From Eledone cirrhosa (Eukaryota), in contig OZ024750.1 of NCBI GenBank assembly GCA_964016885.1, positions 32,860,001 to 32,924,000 of the forward strand: a DNA stretch of 64,000 nucleotides, written 5' to 3'. Of this stretch, positions 39,401 through 53,981 are shown one piece after another. The notes under the pieces are model-generated. The model did no database searches. It saw only the letters and a program-made list of their open reading frames with translations, and was not told where the DNA came from. The position numbers were made by a program, and so were the translations under genes. Numbering within the stretch: position 1 is the first letter of the stretch; each line of letters begins with the position of its first letter.

Positions 39401-41961
39401 GATGGGAATGATAGAGATGGTGATGGTGATGATGATGGTTGTAATGTTGATGGTTGTGATGATGGGAATGATAGAGATGATGGTGATGATGATGATGATG
39501 GTTGTAATGTTGATGGTTGTGATGATGGGAATGATAGAGATGATGGTGATGGTGATGATGATGGTTGTAATGTTGATGGTTGTGATGATGATGATGATGA
39601 TGATGATGGTTGTAATGTTGATGGTTGTGATGATGGGAATGATAGAGATGGTGATGGTGATGATGATGGTTGTAATGTTGATGGTTGTGATGATGGGAAT
39701 GATAGAGATGATGGTGATGATGATGATGATGGTTGTAATGTTGATGGTTGTGATGATGGGAATGATAGAGATGGTGATGATGATGATGGTGATGATGGTT
39801 GTAATGTTGATGGTTGTGATGATGGGAATGATAGAGATGATGGTGATGATGATGATGATGGTTGTAATGTTGATGGTTGTGATGATGGGAATGATAGAGA
39901 TGGTGATGGTGATGATGATGATGATGATGATGGTTGTAATGTTGATGGTTGTGATGATGGGAATGATAGAGATGATGGTGATGATGATGATGATGATGGT
40001 TGTAATGTTGATGGTTGTGATGATGGGAATGATAGAGATGATGGTGATGATGATGATGATGGTTGTAATGTCGATGGTTGTGATGATGGGAATGATAGAG
40101 ATGGTGATGATGATGATGGTGATGATGGTTGTAATGTTGATGGTTGTGATGATGGGAATGATAGAGATGGTGATGATGATGATGATGATGGTTGTAATGT
40201 TGATGGTTGTGATGATGGGAATGATAGAGATGATGGTGATGATGATGATGATGGTTGTAATGTTGATGGTTGTGATGATGGGAATGATAGAGATGGTGTT
40301 GGTGATGATGATGATGATGATGATTGTAATGTTGATGGTTGTGATGATGGGAATGATAGAGATGGTGATGATGATGATGATGATGGTTGTAATGTTGATG
40401 GTTGTGATGATGGGAATGATAGAGATGGTGATGATGATGATGATGATGATGGTTGTAATGTTGATGGTTGTGATGATGGGAATGATAGAGATGATGGTGA
40501 TGATGATGATGATGATGGTTGTAATGTTGATGGTTGTGATGATGGGAATGATAGAGATGATGGTGATGATGATGATGATGGTTGTAATGTTGATGGTTGT
40601 GATGATGGGAATGATAGAGATGATGGTGATGGTGATGATGATGGTTGTAATGTTGATGGTTGTGATGATGGGAATGATAGAGATGATGGTGATGATGATG
40701 ATGATGATGGTTGTAATGTTGATGGTTGTGATGATGGGAATGATAGAGATGATGGTGATGATGATGATGATGGTTGTAATGTTGATGGTTGTGATGATGG
40801 GAATGATAGAGATGGTGTTGGTGATGATGATGATGATGATGATTGTAATGTTGTTGGTTGTGATGATGGGAATGATAGAGATGGTGATGATGATGATGAT
40901 GATGGTTGTAATGTTGATGGTTGTGATGATGGGAATGATAGAGATGGTGATGATGATGATGATGATGATGGTTGTAATGTTGATGGTTGTGATGATGGGA
41001 ATGATAGAGATGGTGATGATGATGATGATGATGATGATGGTTGTAATGTTGATGGTTGTGATGATGATGATGTTTGTAATGTTGATGGTTGTGATGATGG
41101 GAATGATAGAGATGGTGATGATGATGATGATGGTTGTAATGTTGATGGTTGTGATGATGGGAATGATAGAGATGGTGATGATGATGATGATGGTTGCAAT
41201 GTTGATGGTTGTGATGATGGGAATGATAGAGATGATGGTGATGATGATGATGATGATGATGGTTGTAATGTAGATGGTTGTGATGATGATGATGATGATG
41301 ATGGTTGTAATGTTAATGGGTGTGATGATGGGAATGATAGAGATGGTGGTGATGATGATGATGATGGTTGTAATGTTGATGGTTGTGATGATGATGATGA
41401 TGATGATGGTTGTAATGTTGATGGGTGTGATGATGGGAATGATAGAGATGGTGATGATGATGATGATGATGGTTGTAATGTTGATGGTTGTGATGATGGG
41501 AATGATAGAGATGATGGTGATGATGATGATGATGGTTGTAATGTTGATGGTTGTGATGATGGGAATGATAGAGATGGTGGTGATGATGATGATGATGGTT
41601 GTAATGTTGATGGTTGTGATGATGGGAATGATAGAGATGGTGATGATGATGATGATGGTTGTAATGTTGATGGGTGTGATGATGGGAATGATAGAGATGG
41701 TGATGATGATGATGATGATGATGGTTGTAATGTTGATGGTTGTGATGATGGGAATGATAGAGATGGTGGTGATGATGATGATGATGGTTGTAATGTTGAT
41801 GGTTGTGATGATGGGAATGATAGAGATGATGATGGTGATAATGATGATGGTTGTAATGTTGATGGTTGTGATGATGATGATGATGATGATGGTTGTAATG
41901 TTGATGGGTGTGATGATGGGAATGATAGAGATGGTGATGATGGTTGTAATGTTGATGGTTG

Positions 41962-42005
<44 letters not shown>

Positions 42006-42219
42006 GTTGTAATGTAGATGGTTGTGATGATGGAAATGATAGAGATGATGGTGATGATGATGATGATGGTTGTAATGTTGATGGTTGTGATGATGGGAAT
42101 GATAGAGATGATGGTGATGATGATGATGATGATGGTTGTAATGTTGATGGTTGTGATGATGGGAATGATAGAGATGATGGTGATGATGATGATGATGATG
42201 GTTGTAATGTTGATGGTTG

Positions 42220-42263
<44 letters not shown>

Positions 42264-42282
42264 GTTGTAATGTAGATGGTTG

Positions 42283-42326
<44 letters not shown>

Positions 42327-42345
42327 GTTGTAATGTTGATGGTTG

Positions 42346-42389
<44 letters not shown>

Positions 42390-42474
42390 GTTGTAATGTA
42401 GATGGTTGTGATGATGGGAATGATAGAGATGATGGTGATGATGATGATGATGATGGTTGTAATGTTGATGGTTG

Positions 42475-42518
<44 letters not shown>

Positions 42519-42537
42519 GTTGTAATGTTGATGGTTG

Positions 42538-42581
<44 letters not shown>

Positions 42582-42600
42582 GTTGTAATGTTGATGGTTG

Positions 42601-42644
<44 letters not shown>

Positions 42645-42924
42645 GTTGTAATGTAGATGGTTGTGATGATGGAAATGATAGAGATGATGGTGATGATGAT
42701 GATGATGGTTGTAATGTTGATGGTTGTGATGATGGGAATGATAGAGATGATGGTGATGATGATGATGATGATGGTTGTAATGTTGATGGTTGTGATGATG
42801 GGAATGATAGAGATGATGGTGATGATGATGATGATGATGGTTGTAATGTTGATGGTTGTGATGATGGGAATGATAGAGATGATGGTGATGATGATGATGA
42901 TGATGGTTGTAATGTTGATGGTTG

Positions 42925-42968
<44 letters not shown>

Positions 42969-42987
42969 GTTGTAATGTTGATGGTTG

Positions 42988-43031
<44 letters not shown>

Positions 43032-43050
43032 GTTGTAATGTTGATGGTTG

Positions 43051-43091
<41 letters not shown>

Positions 43092-45447
43092 GTTGTAATG
43101 TAGATGGTTGTGATGATGGAAATGATAGAGATGATGGTGATGATGATGATGATGGTTGTAATGTTGATGGTTGTGATGATGGGAATGATAGAGATGATGG
43201 TGATGATGATGATGATGATGGTTGTAATGTTGATGGTTGTGATGATGGGAATGATAGAGATGATGGTGATGATGATGATGATGATGGTTGTAATGTTGAT
43301 GGTTGTGATGATGGGAATGATAGAGATGGTGGTGATGATGATGATGGTTGTAATGTTGATGGTTGTGATGATGATGATGATGATGATGGTTGTAATGTTG
43401 ATGGTTGTGATGATGGGAATGATAGAGATGATGGTGATGATGATGATGGTTGTGATGATGATGGTTGTAATGTAGATGGTTGTGATGATGGGAATGATAG
43501 AGATGATGGTGATGATGATGATGATGGTTGTAATGTTGATGGTTGTGATGATGGGAATGATAGAGATGGTGATGATGATGATGGTTGTGATGATGATGGT
43601 TGTAATGTTGATGGTTGTGATGATGGGAATGATAGAGATGGTGATGGTGATGATGATGGTTGTAATGTTGATGGTTGTGATGATGGGAATGATAGAGATG
43701 ATGGTGATGATGATGATGGTTGTGATGATGATGGTTGTAATGTTGATGGTTGTGATGATGGGAATGATAGAGATGGTGATGGTGATGATGATGGTTGTAA
43801 TGTTGATGGTTGTGATGATGGGAATGATAGAGATGGTGATGATGATGATGGTGATGATGGTTGTAATGTTGATGGTTGTGATGATGGGAATGATAGAGAT
43901 GATGGTGATGATGATGATGATGGTTGTAATGTTGATGGTGATGATGATGATGATGATGATGATGGTTGTAATGTTGATGGTTGTGATGATGGGAATGATA
44001 GAGATGATGGTGATGATGATGATGATGGTTGTAATGTTGATGGTTGTGATGATGGGAATGATAGAGATGGTGATGATGATGATGATGATGATGGTTGTAA
44101 TGTTGATGGTTGTGATGATGGGAATGATAGAGATGGTGATGATGATGATGATGATGATGGTTGTAATGTTGATGGTTGTGATGATGGGAATGATAGAGAT
44201 GGTGATGATGATGATGATGATGATGGTTGTAATGTTGATGGTTGTGATGATGGGAATGATAGAGATGATGGTGATGATGATGATGATGGTTGTATGTTGA
44301 TGGTTGTGATGATGGGAATGATAGAGATGGTGATGATGATGATGATGATGATGGTTGTAATGTTGATGGTTGTGATGATGGGAATGATAGAGATGGTGAT
44401 GATGATGATGATGATGATGGTTGTAATGTTGATGGTTGTGATGATGGGAATGATAGAGATGGGTGATTGATGATGATGATGATGGTTGTAATGTTGATGG
44501 TTGTGATGATGATGATGTTGTAATGTTGATGGTTGTGATGATGGGAATGATATAGATGGTGATGATGATGATGATGATGGTTGTAATGTTGATGGTTGTG
44601 ATGATGGGAATGATAGAGATGATGGTGATGATGATGATGATGATGATGGTTGTAATGTAGATGGTTGTGATGATGATGATGATGATGATGTTGTAATGTT
44701 GATGGGTGTGATGATGGGAATGATAGAGATGGCGATGATGATGATGATGATGATGGTTGTAATGTTGATGGTTGTGATGATGTGGAATGATAGAGATGAT
44801 GGTGATGATGATGATGATGGTTGTAATGTTGATGGTTGTGATGATGGGAATGATAGAGATGGTGATGATGATGATGATGATGATGATGGTTGTAATGTTG
44901 ATGGTTGTGATGATGGGAATGATAGAGATGATGGTGATGATGATGATGATGGTTGTAATGTTGATGGTTGTGATGATGGGAATGATAGAGATGATGGTGA
45001 TGATGATGATGGTGATGATGGTTGTAATGTAGATGGTTGTGATGATGGGAATGATAGAGATGGTGATGATGATGATGATGATGATGATGGTTGTAATGTA
45101 GATGGTTGTGATGATGGAATGATAGAGATGGTGATGATGATGATGGTGATGATGATGGTTGTAATGTTGATGGTTGTGATGATGGGAATGATAGGATGAG
45201 GTGATGTTGTAATATTGATGGTTGTGATGATGGGATGATAGAGATGATGGTGATGATGATGATGATGGTTGTAATGTTGATGGTTGTGATGATGGAATGA
45301 TAGAGATGGTGATGGTGATGATGATGATGATGGTTGTAATGTTGATGGTTGTGATGATGGGAATGATAGAGAAGGTGATGATGATGATGATGATGATGAT
45401 GATGGTTGTAATGTTGATGGTTGTGATGATGGGAATGATAGAGACGG

Positions 45448-45479
<32 letters not shown>

Positions 45480-47484
45480 GTTGTAATCTTGATGTTGTGA
45501 TGATGGGAATGATAGAGATGATGGTGATGGTTGTAATATTGATGGTTGTGATGATGGAATGATAGAGATGATGTGATGATGATGATGATGATGGTAGTAA
45601 TGTTGATGGTCTGTGATGATGGAATGATAGAGATGGTCGATGATGATGTTGTAATGTTGATGGTTGTGATGATGGGAATGATAGAGATGATGGTGATGCT
45701 GATGATGCTGGTTGTAATTTGATGGTTGTGATGATGGGAATGATAGACGATGATGGTGATGATGATGATGATGGTTGTAATGTTGATGGTTGTGATGATG
45801 GGAATGATAGAGATGATGGTGATGATGATGATGATGGTTGTAATGTTGATGGTTGTGATGATGGGAATGATAGAGATGATGGTGATGATGATGATGATGG
45901 TTGTAATGTTGATGGTTGTGATGATGGGAATGATAGAGATGGTGATGATGATGGTTGTAATGTTGATGGTTGTGATGATGGGAATGATAGAGATGATGGT
46001 GATGATGATGATGATGGTTGTAATGTTGATGGTTGTGATGATGGGAATGATAGAGATGATGGTGATGATGATGATGATGGTTGTAATGTTGATGGTTGTG
46101 ATGATGGGAATGATAGAGATGATGGTGATGATGATGATGATGGTTGTAATGTTGATGGTTGTGATGATGGGAATGATAGAGATGATGGTGATGATGATGA
46201 TGATGGTTGTAATGTTGATGGTTGTGATGATGGGAATGATAGAGATGGTGATGGTGATGATGATGGTTGTAATGTTGATGGTTGTGATGATGGGAATGAT
46301 AGAGATGGTGATGGTGATGATGATGGTTGTAATGTTGATGGTTGTGATGATGGGAATGATAGAGATGGTGATGATGATGATGATGATGATGATGATGGTT
46401 GTAATGTTGATGATTGTGATGATGGGAATGATAGAGATGATGGTGATGATGATGATGGTTGTAATGTTGATGATTGTGATGATGGGAATGATAGAGATGA
46501 TGGTGATGATGATGATGATGATGGTTGTAATGTTGATGGTTGTGATGATGGGAATGATAGAGATGATGGTGATGATGATGATGATGGTTGTAATGTTGAT
46601 GGTTGTGATGATGGGAATGATAGAGATGATGGTGATGATGATGATGATGATGATGATGGTTGTAATGTAGATGGTTGTGATGATGATGATGAGATGATGG
46701 TTGTAATGTTGATGATTGTGATGATGGGAATGATAGAGATGGTGATGGTGATGATGATGGTTGTAATGTTGATGGTTGTGATGATGGGAATGATAGAGAT
46801 GATGGTGATGATGATGATGATGATGATGAAGGTTGTAATGTAGATGGTTGTGATGATGATGATGATGATGATGATGGTTGTAATGTTGATGGTTGTGATG
46901 ATGGGAATGATAGAGATGGTGATGGTGATGATGATGGTTGTAATGTTGATGGTTGTGATGATGGGAATGATAGAGATGATGGTGATGATTATGATGATGA
47001 TGATGATGGTTGTAATGTAGATGGTTGTGATGATGGGAATGATAGAGATGGTGATGATGATGATGATGATGGTTGTAATGTTGATGGTTGTGATGATGGG
47101 AATGATAGAGATGATGGTGATGATGATGATGATGGTTGTCATGTTTATGGTTGTGATGATGGGAATGATAGAGATGATGGTGATGATGATGATGATGGTT
47201 GTAATGTTGATGGTTGTGATGATGGGAATGATAGAGATGATGGTGATGATGATGATGATGGTTGTAATGTTGATGGTTGTGATGATGGGAATGATAGAGA
47301 TGGTGGCGATGATGATGATGATGATGATGATGATGGTTGTAATGTAGATGGTTGTGATGATGATGATGATGATGATGGTTGTAATGTTGATGGTTGTGAT
47401 GATGGGAATGATAGAGATGGTGATGATGATGATGATGATGATGGTTGTAATGTAGATGGTTGTGATGATGATGATGATGATGAT
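27741..47484. repeat. ~19.7-kb composite satellite: constant GGTTGTAATGTTGATGGTTGTGATGATGGGAATGATAGAGAT + variable (GAT/GGT)n
   Basis: Roughly 300 units of about 55-75 bp; source of the giant poly-D, poly-M/V and poly-S ORFs. Confidence 0.98.
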
Positions 47485-47659
47485 TACAATATTTTTGTAA
47501 ACAACTGCCTGGGAAGGAAAGTTGTAGAAAGTCTTTCTTGTTTCTGTGAGTATTAATAATTATTGTTGTTTTTATTGTTGCTGTTCTACTCTTGAATTAT
47601 TTAATTACCACACTACATCTATTGATTGGTCAACCATTTACTTGAATGGCTGCTGGTAT

Positions 47660-48122
47660 TACACACACCACACACACATACACAATACCACACACATACA
47701 CACACACCCACACACACACACATACACAATCCCACACACAAACATGCACACACACACCACACACACATTCACAATACCACACACATACACACACACACAC
47801 ATACACAATCCCACACACACACTATACACACTCCCACACACAAACACACACACACCACACACACATACACAATACCACACACATACACACACACAACATG
47901 CACAATCCCACACACAAACATACACACACACACCACACACACATACACAATACCACACACATACACACACACACACATAATCCCCCCCCCACACACACAC
48001 ACGCGCGCATACACAATCCCACACACATACACAATCCTACACACACACACACATACACGCACATACACACACACACACACACACACGCATACACAATCCT
48101 ACACGCACACACACGCACACAT
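47660..48122. repeat. Degenerate (CA)n tract
   Basis: Seen directly. Confidence 0.95.
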
Positions 48123-48227
48123 ACTTGTGTATATGTATGAGTGTGTGTGTGTATTTGAATGTGTGCACGTGTATGTATATGTGTATATATATCTCTCTCT
48201 CTCTCTCTATTTACATATGCATATGAA

Positions 48228-48345
48228 TCATCATCATCATCATCATCACCGTTTTACGTCCGTTCTTCCACGCTAGCATGGGTTAGACGGATTGTCCTGT
48301 TGTGGGCAGTGTCTGGTCGGCTGACCATGCCTTGCTCATACAGGA
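48228..48345 (-). mobile_element. 3' fragment related to family C
   Basis: (CAT)n then CGTTTTACGTCCGTTCTTCCACGCTAGCATGGGTT. Confidence 0.6.
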
Positions 48346-48350
48346 ACTAT

Positions 48351-48648
48351 GGAGGCACATGGCTTAGTGGTTAGAGCATTGGCCTTGCAATCGAAAGGTT
48401 GTGAGTTCAATTCTCAGACCGGGTGATGTGTTGTTTCCTTGAGCAAGACACTTTATTTCACATTGCTCCAGTTTACTCAGCTGTAGAAATGGTCGTGGAG
48501 GTGCCACGGCAAAAAAGCACCCAGCACTCACTGTAAATGAGGTTGGTGTTAGGAAGGGCATCCAGCTGTAGAAATCAAGCGAGAATCAGTTCCTGTCCCA
48601 CCCTTGCAAGCAGGGAAAAGCGGACGTAAAATGAAATGATGAAATGAT
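48351..48648 (+). mobile_element. SINE family A with a ~40-bp internal deletion
   Basis: Head, CORE and tail match the other copies; lacks the GATAGGGACT..CACTGCAAAG segment. Confidence 0.9.
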
Positions 48649-49137
48649 ATGTGTGTGTGTGTGTGTCAATAAATTTGCATATCTATCTATCTATATGATA
48701 AGAACAAAGTGGAGGTGTTACATAGGACATTTATTGCTCAACACTGGTTACACATGTTTCTCAAGCTCATAGTCTGGGTTGGCACCCCAGACCAGTCTGC
48801 TTGATCCTCAGTGTTAATAAAATAAAAATTACATCAAATCTGTGGACAAACCAAAAAAGACACGAACAAGAATATAGAATAACTAAACATGGGCCTAGAA
48901 TTCAATGGATGCACTTATCCCAAGCATTACAAGAAAAAATCGTTATAAAACAAAATTAACAGAGTACTGGGGTTACCGTGGCAGGACAAGATTGGTGGCT
49001 CACTAAGGAAGACAGTGGCTACTTGCGTTGCACCTACCTGCAAGATGGCCGAAATCTGTTAGCTGACAAGCGATGCCAATTCTCTTAGCAGAGTTTGCTG
49101 CCATCATATGTATGTATATATAAATATATAAAAATGT

Positions 49138-49441
49138 ATGATCATTTCATTTTACGTCCCTTGCAAGGTTGGGACTGGAACTGATTTTGGCTTGATTTCT
49201 AACACCAACCTAATTTACAGTGAGTGCTGGGTGTTTTTTTGCCGTGGCACCTCCACGACCACTTTGCAGTGGAATGATATGGACCCCAGTCCCTATCATC
49301 TCATTTCTACAGCTGAGTGAACTGGAGCAATGTGAAATATAGTGTCTTGCTCAAAAAAACAACACTTCACCCGGTCTGAGAATTGAACTCACAACCTTTC
49401 GATTGCAACGCCAATGCTCTAACCACTAAGCCATGTGCCTT
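49138..49441 (-). mobile_element. SINE family A (small deletions)
   Basis: Matches 1871-2219; abuts (TG)n at 49444-49530. Confidence 0.88.
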
Positions 49442-49532
<91 letters not shown>

Positions 49533-50736
49533 ATCAAAGGTATATATTGAGTTAGGAACTCAAAATAGTCTCTTACAACAAAATAGCTCTAAGAAAGAGA
49601 TATTTCCGAGCCGTATATTATAATAGAATATAAAAGAAAAACGAACACAGATATATACATATATGTGTTCAAATCGTAAGGGACCAGATTCGCGAAGGTG
49701 AAAAGAATACTATCTATAGACATATATATGTGTATATATGTATGTATATATATATATGTGTGTATATATATATACATTTATATGTGTGTGTGCATGCATG
49801 CGTGTTGTATGGTAAACCCAATTGTGCTCAGGTTTGATAGTTTCTATTAAGGATTTTCGAATTTCCTTATTAGTTCTTTGTTTTATTTGAAACACCCTAC
49901 CTTCAGAGCCCCATCTTTAGTATAAAAATGGTAATATTAGTATTGTATTGTTTACATTCTTTGCAGTGGTTATAAAGGATTATGTAGTTCTTTAAGTATG
50001 CTTGTACTGAGAAAAATATCCTCAACTATCCTTGCCAACCATTAATGTGAAATAACTGTCAATGAGAAAAATAGTTTCTAAATCCAGTGTAATCCAAAAA
50101 CCTAGAGAATTGTATAATGTATAGATCCAATAAAAGAAGATCAACAACAAAAGAAAATGACAGAAATGCAAAACACAAGATTGCACAGCATATTGTATTA
50201 GTTTAGTGCTGTAAGGAAGATACAAGTAGGAAGGATTTAACGTTTCACATAGTAGTCCTTTGACAAGAAAGAGAGAAAAATGGTTTTAAAAAAGAAAAAA
50301 TATAAACATCTTTTATGTAATTACTAAAATACAAAAAAAAAATAGGCATATATCAAAACCAATTTTTCTATTTTTTCCCCCACTGAAGATGTATTGTCCC
50401 AAACATTGAGTAATTCGTAGTTCTTATTTCTTCCTCACAGTGTTAAACTAATAATATATACCATATACTCCTGTTAATTTTTCTTTCCTTTTACTCGTTT
50501 TACTTGTTCCTGCCTGGGACCTTATCAATGAAAATGTCTGTTATATATAGGAACTTACATTGTTTATTAAATTTTCATCAGTTACGCCCTTTGTAGTTGA
50601 ATATAACAGTTCTTTCCAGCTATAACCATGTTGTCATGCTTTTCTAGCCAACCTTGAAAGTTCTGTATAGGAGCATCAACTCAACCAATATGGAGGAACA
50701 ACCCTTAAAATAGATGAAAGAATCAGATAACATTGA

Positions 50737-51258
50737 CAAAAGTACAATGTAGAACATACTAACAAAAGAACAATGTAGAACATACTAACAAAAGTACAAT
50801 GTAGAACATACTAACAAAAGTACAATGTAGAACATACTAACAAAAGTACAATGTAGAACATACTAACAAAAGTACAATGTATAACATACTAACAAAAGTA
50901 CAATGTACAACCTACTAACAAAAGTACAATGTAGAACATACTAATAAAAGTACAATGTAAAGCATACTAATAAAAGTACAATGTAGAACATACTAACAAA
51001 AGTACAATGTAGAACATACTAACAAAAGTACAATGTAGAACATACTAACAAAAGTACAATGTAGAACATACTAACAAAAGTACAATGTATAACATACTAA
51101 CAAAAGTACAATGTAGAACATACTAACAAAAGTACAATGTATAACATACTAACAAAAGTACAATGTACAACCTACTAACAAAAGTACAATGTAGAACATA
51201 CTAATAAAAGTACAATGTAAAGCATACTAATAAAAGTACAATGTAGAGCATACTAACA
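50737..51258. repeat. 26-bp minisatellite, ~20 copies
   Basis: Unit AACAAAAGTACAATGTAGAACATACT. Confidence 0.97.
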
Positions 51259-51469
51259 TATTAACATGTGTACTTTAATAAAATCTTATACATAAATACA
51301 ATGAGTTAATAAAATAAAGGTTGAAATACAATTTTTTCTATTCACCTCCACATGATACAATAGGCAAGTTAGTAAAGTTGTGTACAGAGAGAAAGTAGAA
51401 TTTTAACCTATTAGATTATTACAAGGAATGAGTGATGTAACAAACTTCATACAATACTATAGCATTAAA

Positions 51470-51820
51470 CCACCACAACTAAACTATAGCCACCACCCCC
51501 ACCACAACCACCACCAATCCAATCACCACCACCTCAACCACCATAACCACCACCACAACAACCGTCACCACAACCACCACCAATACAGCTACAATCACCA
51601 CTGAAACCATAACCATCACCACAACCATCATCACCACCACCTCTACCACCACCACAACCACTACCACAACCACTACAACCGCCATCACAACAACAACCCC
51701 CACCACAACAACAACCACCACAACCCCCACCACAACCCCTACCAAAACCCCCACTACAACCCCCACCCAAACCATAGTCAGCACCACAATCACCACCCAA
51801 ATCATAGTCATCATCACAAG
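51470..51820. repeat. Degenerate (ACC)n tract
   Basis: Seen directly. Confidence 0.9.
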
Positions 51821-52364
51821 CCCACATATTTATTATAAACTACATACATACATATATACAATGTATATAATATATGTAATATGTATTAAGCTGATAGCTT
51901 AACCTGAATTCAATCTTCTGATTTAGGGTCAGAATAGACTGACAGATTATATGACGTTTCTTTATCGTTATAAGACCAGATTTCCGTGACATATTTATAA
52001 AAGTGATTGCTTGATCTGAAAGTCAACAATTTGTTTTATTTTTATTGTTTTCATCATACTCATTATTTCTATCATACATGTCTATTCCAAATAGGTTTTG
52101 GAGAGAATAATACTTTGTTCCATCTGCTGTTTTCATTGAAGTGTATGGAGCATTTTTATTGCTAATATGATCTGTCCTTATCAGAAAACTTACCATTAAC
52201 CATTTTCTGACCATAATACTAATAAAATAAACTGTATATGTGTGTAAAATAATTTCGAAAAGAACAAAATATTTGGAAGAATTTAATAAAATATGTAATA
52301 TTTTCATTTTTAAGCCGGTTTTCTAAACAACAAAATTTTCTTACAGAAAAATTGTGATGAAATG

Positions 52365-52620
52365 TTTAAATTTAAATCTACACACAAAAACATTTGTTTT
52401 AAAATAAATGGCTTTTGTATGATGAATAGTTTAAGATATAAATTTAAATCTACATTCGAAACATTTGTTTTAAATCAAATGGTTTTGTATCATGAATAAT
52501 TTAAGATTTAAATTTAAATCTTCACACAAAAAATTTGTATTGAATGATTTTTGTATCACAAATAATTAAATTTAAATCTACACCTAAAAATATTTGTTTT
52601 AAATCAAATGGTTTTGTATC
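52365..52620. repeat. Degenerate AT-rich ~60-70-bp tandem repeat (4 copies, a fifth at ~53062-53112)
   Basis: Recurring AAATTTAAATCTACAC..AAACATTTGTTTTAAA..TTTTGTATC; the array is split by the insertion at 52621-53060. Confidence 0.8.
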
Positions 52621-52753
52621 TTAGATGACCTTCGCCATCCTTTTGTTCTAGCAATAATATTTCTTGACAAAGGGCAATAACCCATAAACAATATTATTGC
52701 TGACTGTTTCTCTCTGTCAACACTAGAACAAACGGATGTTGATGGTCATCTAA
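52621..52753. repeat. Nested hairpin element
   Basis: TTAGATGACC..TTTGTTCTAG pairs with CTAGAACAAA..GGTCATCTAA; inner GCAATAATATT pairs with AATATTATTGC. Confidence 0.75.
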
Positions 52754-52816
52754 AGCACATAGCATAATGAGGCTATTTGCTTGCAAACAGATCGAATATT
52801 ATTATTATTCGATATA

Positions 52817-52953
52817 ATAGAGTTACAACTCTTTATGCTCTGACTTCAAATACAACTGAGGTTAACTTTGCCTTTCATATTTATGGGATTGATAAAATAA
52901 AGTACCAGTAATGCACTAGGATAATTGCTGACCTTATGCCAAAAGTAGAAACA
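52817..52953 (+). mobile_element. 5'-truncated SINE family B with TSD ATTATTATTCGATATAA
   Basis: Core sequence plus duplicated flanks at ~52801 and ~52954. Confidence 0.8.
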
Positions 52954-53981
52954 ATTATTATTCGATATAAAACTCACAAATGCATTTACATATCCGCTAT
53001 GTTAGAACGCAATACTAAATTCTAATTTCGGTTTTATAACATGAATATTTTAAGGTTTCAATATAAATCTACATACAAAAACATTTGTTTTAAAAGAAAT
53101 AGTTTTGTATCACAGAAGCATGAATAGCTTCAAGCAGCTTGATATAAGAAGGGTTAAAGAGCAGTTAAATCTTAAATCAGCTGTCATTGATACTTTATAA
53201 TCTGTCTGACTATAGAATTTGGTAGTCTGTCTACTTATAATATTGGAAATGTTTCAAAAACAGCTGCAACTTAATTTTATGTTTGTTTTGTGAAACAATT
53301 TACAGAACTCCAGGCTTGCTGGAAAGTATTTATAATTTGCTAAAAACAGCTAACTTGCTATACACGTTTTTAATTGGCATATAATGTAATCGTTTACTAT
53401 AAATGGATGCATTTATGTGATTTAGAACATTGTGTTTATGTGGGAAATTGTCTCATGTAATGACAGCATATTCTTGAAATTGCTCATTAAGATATTGTTT
53501 AAGATGTTTTGCAGTTAATTATGTTTCCATGAATATACAGGTAACAGTAACAACACTTGTTTTCTGAGTAGTTAGTGTGATTTCATGGTGGAATGAAACA
53601 TCACATCAAACATGTTCATTTTGTTTATCAGACTAGTTCTGTTAAAGGGTGATGAGTGATATTTTGTGTTAGAAATATCATAATATGCACACAAACTCAA
53701 ACACACAGAAACTCAAATGCTCAAACCAAACACACACATAACATACATCCAGAGCAAGCATATTTTTTCATAAGCACTAGTACTATCACTTTACAGAGGA
53801 GACTGGGTGCATTTTATCATGGTACTAACACTTTATAATGTGTATTGAGCACATTTTATTGTTGTAAAAGCACTAGAGAGGTTGTCACATGATAGGCTAT
53901 ATAGAAAACACATATACAAACATGGAGAGAGACATGGGGGAAACATTAGACAGACAAATATGTAGACTTATACATAGACAA

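Noticed and set aside
27576-47347. Giant ORFs (3918 aa +, 3131 aa -, and others) as genes
   Set aside because: They are translations of a GAT-based satellite that switch between poly-D, poly-M/V, poly-S and poly-I at indels; there is no domain content or gene structure.
27741-47484. Constant repeat plus variable spacer read as a CRISPR array
   Set aside because: The variable parts are only (GAT/GGT)n length variants, not unique spacers.
47546-48276. His/Thr-rich and Cys/Val-rich ORFs
   Set aside because: Translations of degenerate (CA)n.
48351-48425. tRNA genes at SINE heads
   Set aside because: A/B boxes are present but there is no complete cloverleaf, and they run into SINE bodies.
48835-49050. 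Possible very old LINE 3' end
   Set aside because: Only a vague resemblance; no translatable conserved motif.
50382-50410. CTGAAGATG..CCCAAACATTG as a hammerhead
   Set aside because: GAAA is absent and stem II does not pair; at best a heavily decayed relic.
52663-52700. TTGACAAAGGG-CAATAA-CCCATAAAC as a decayed hammerhead
   Set aside because: Too many core deviations to support.
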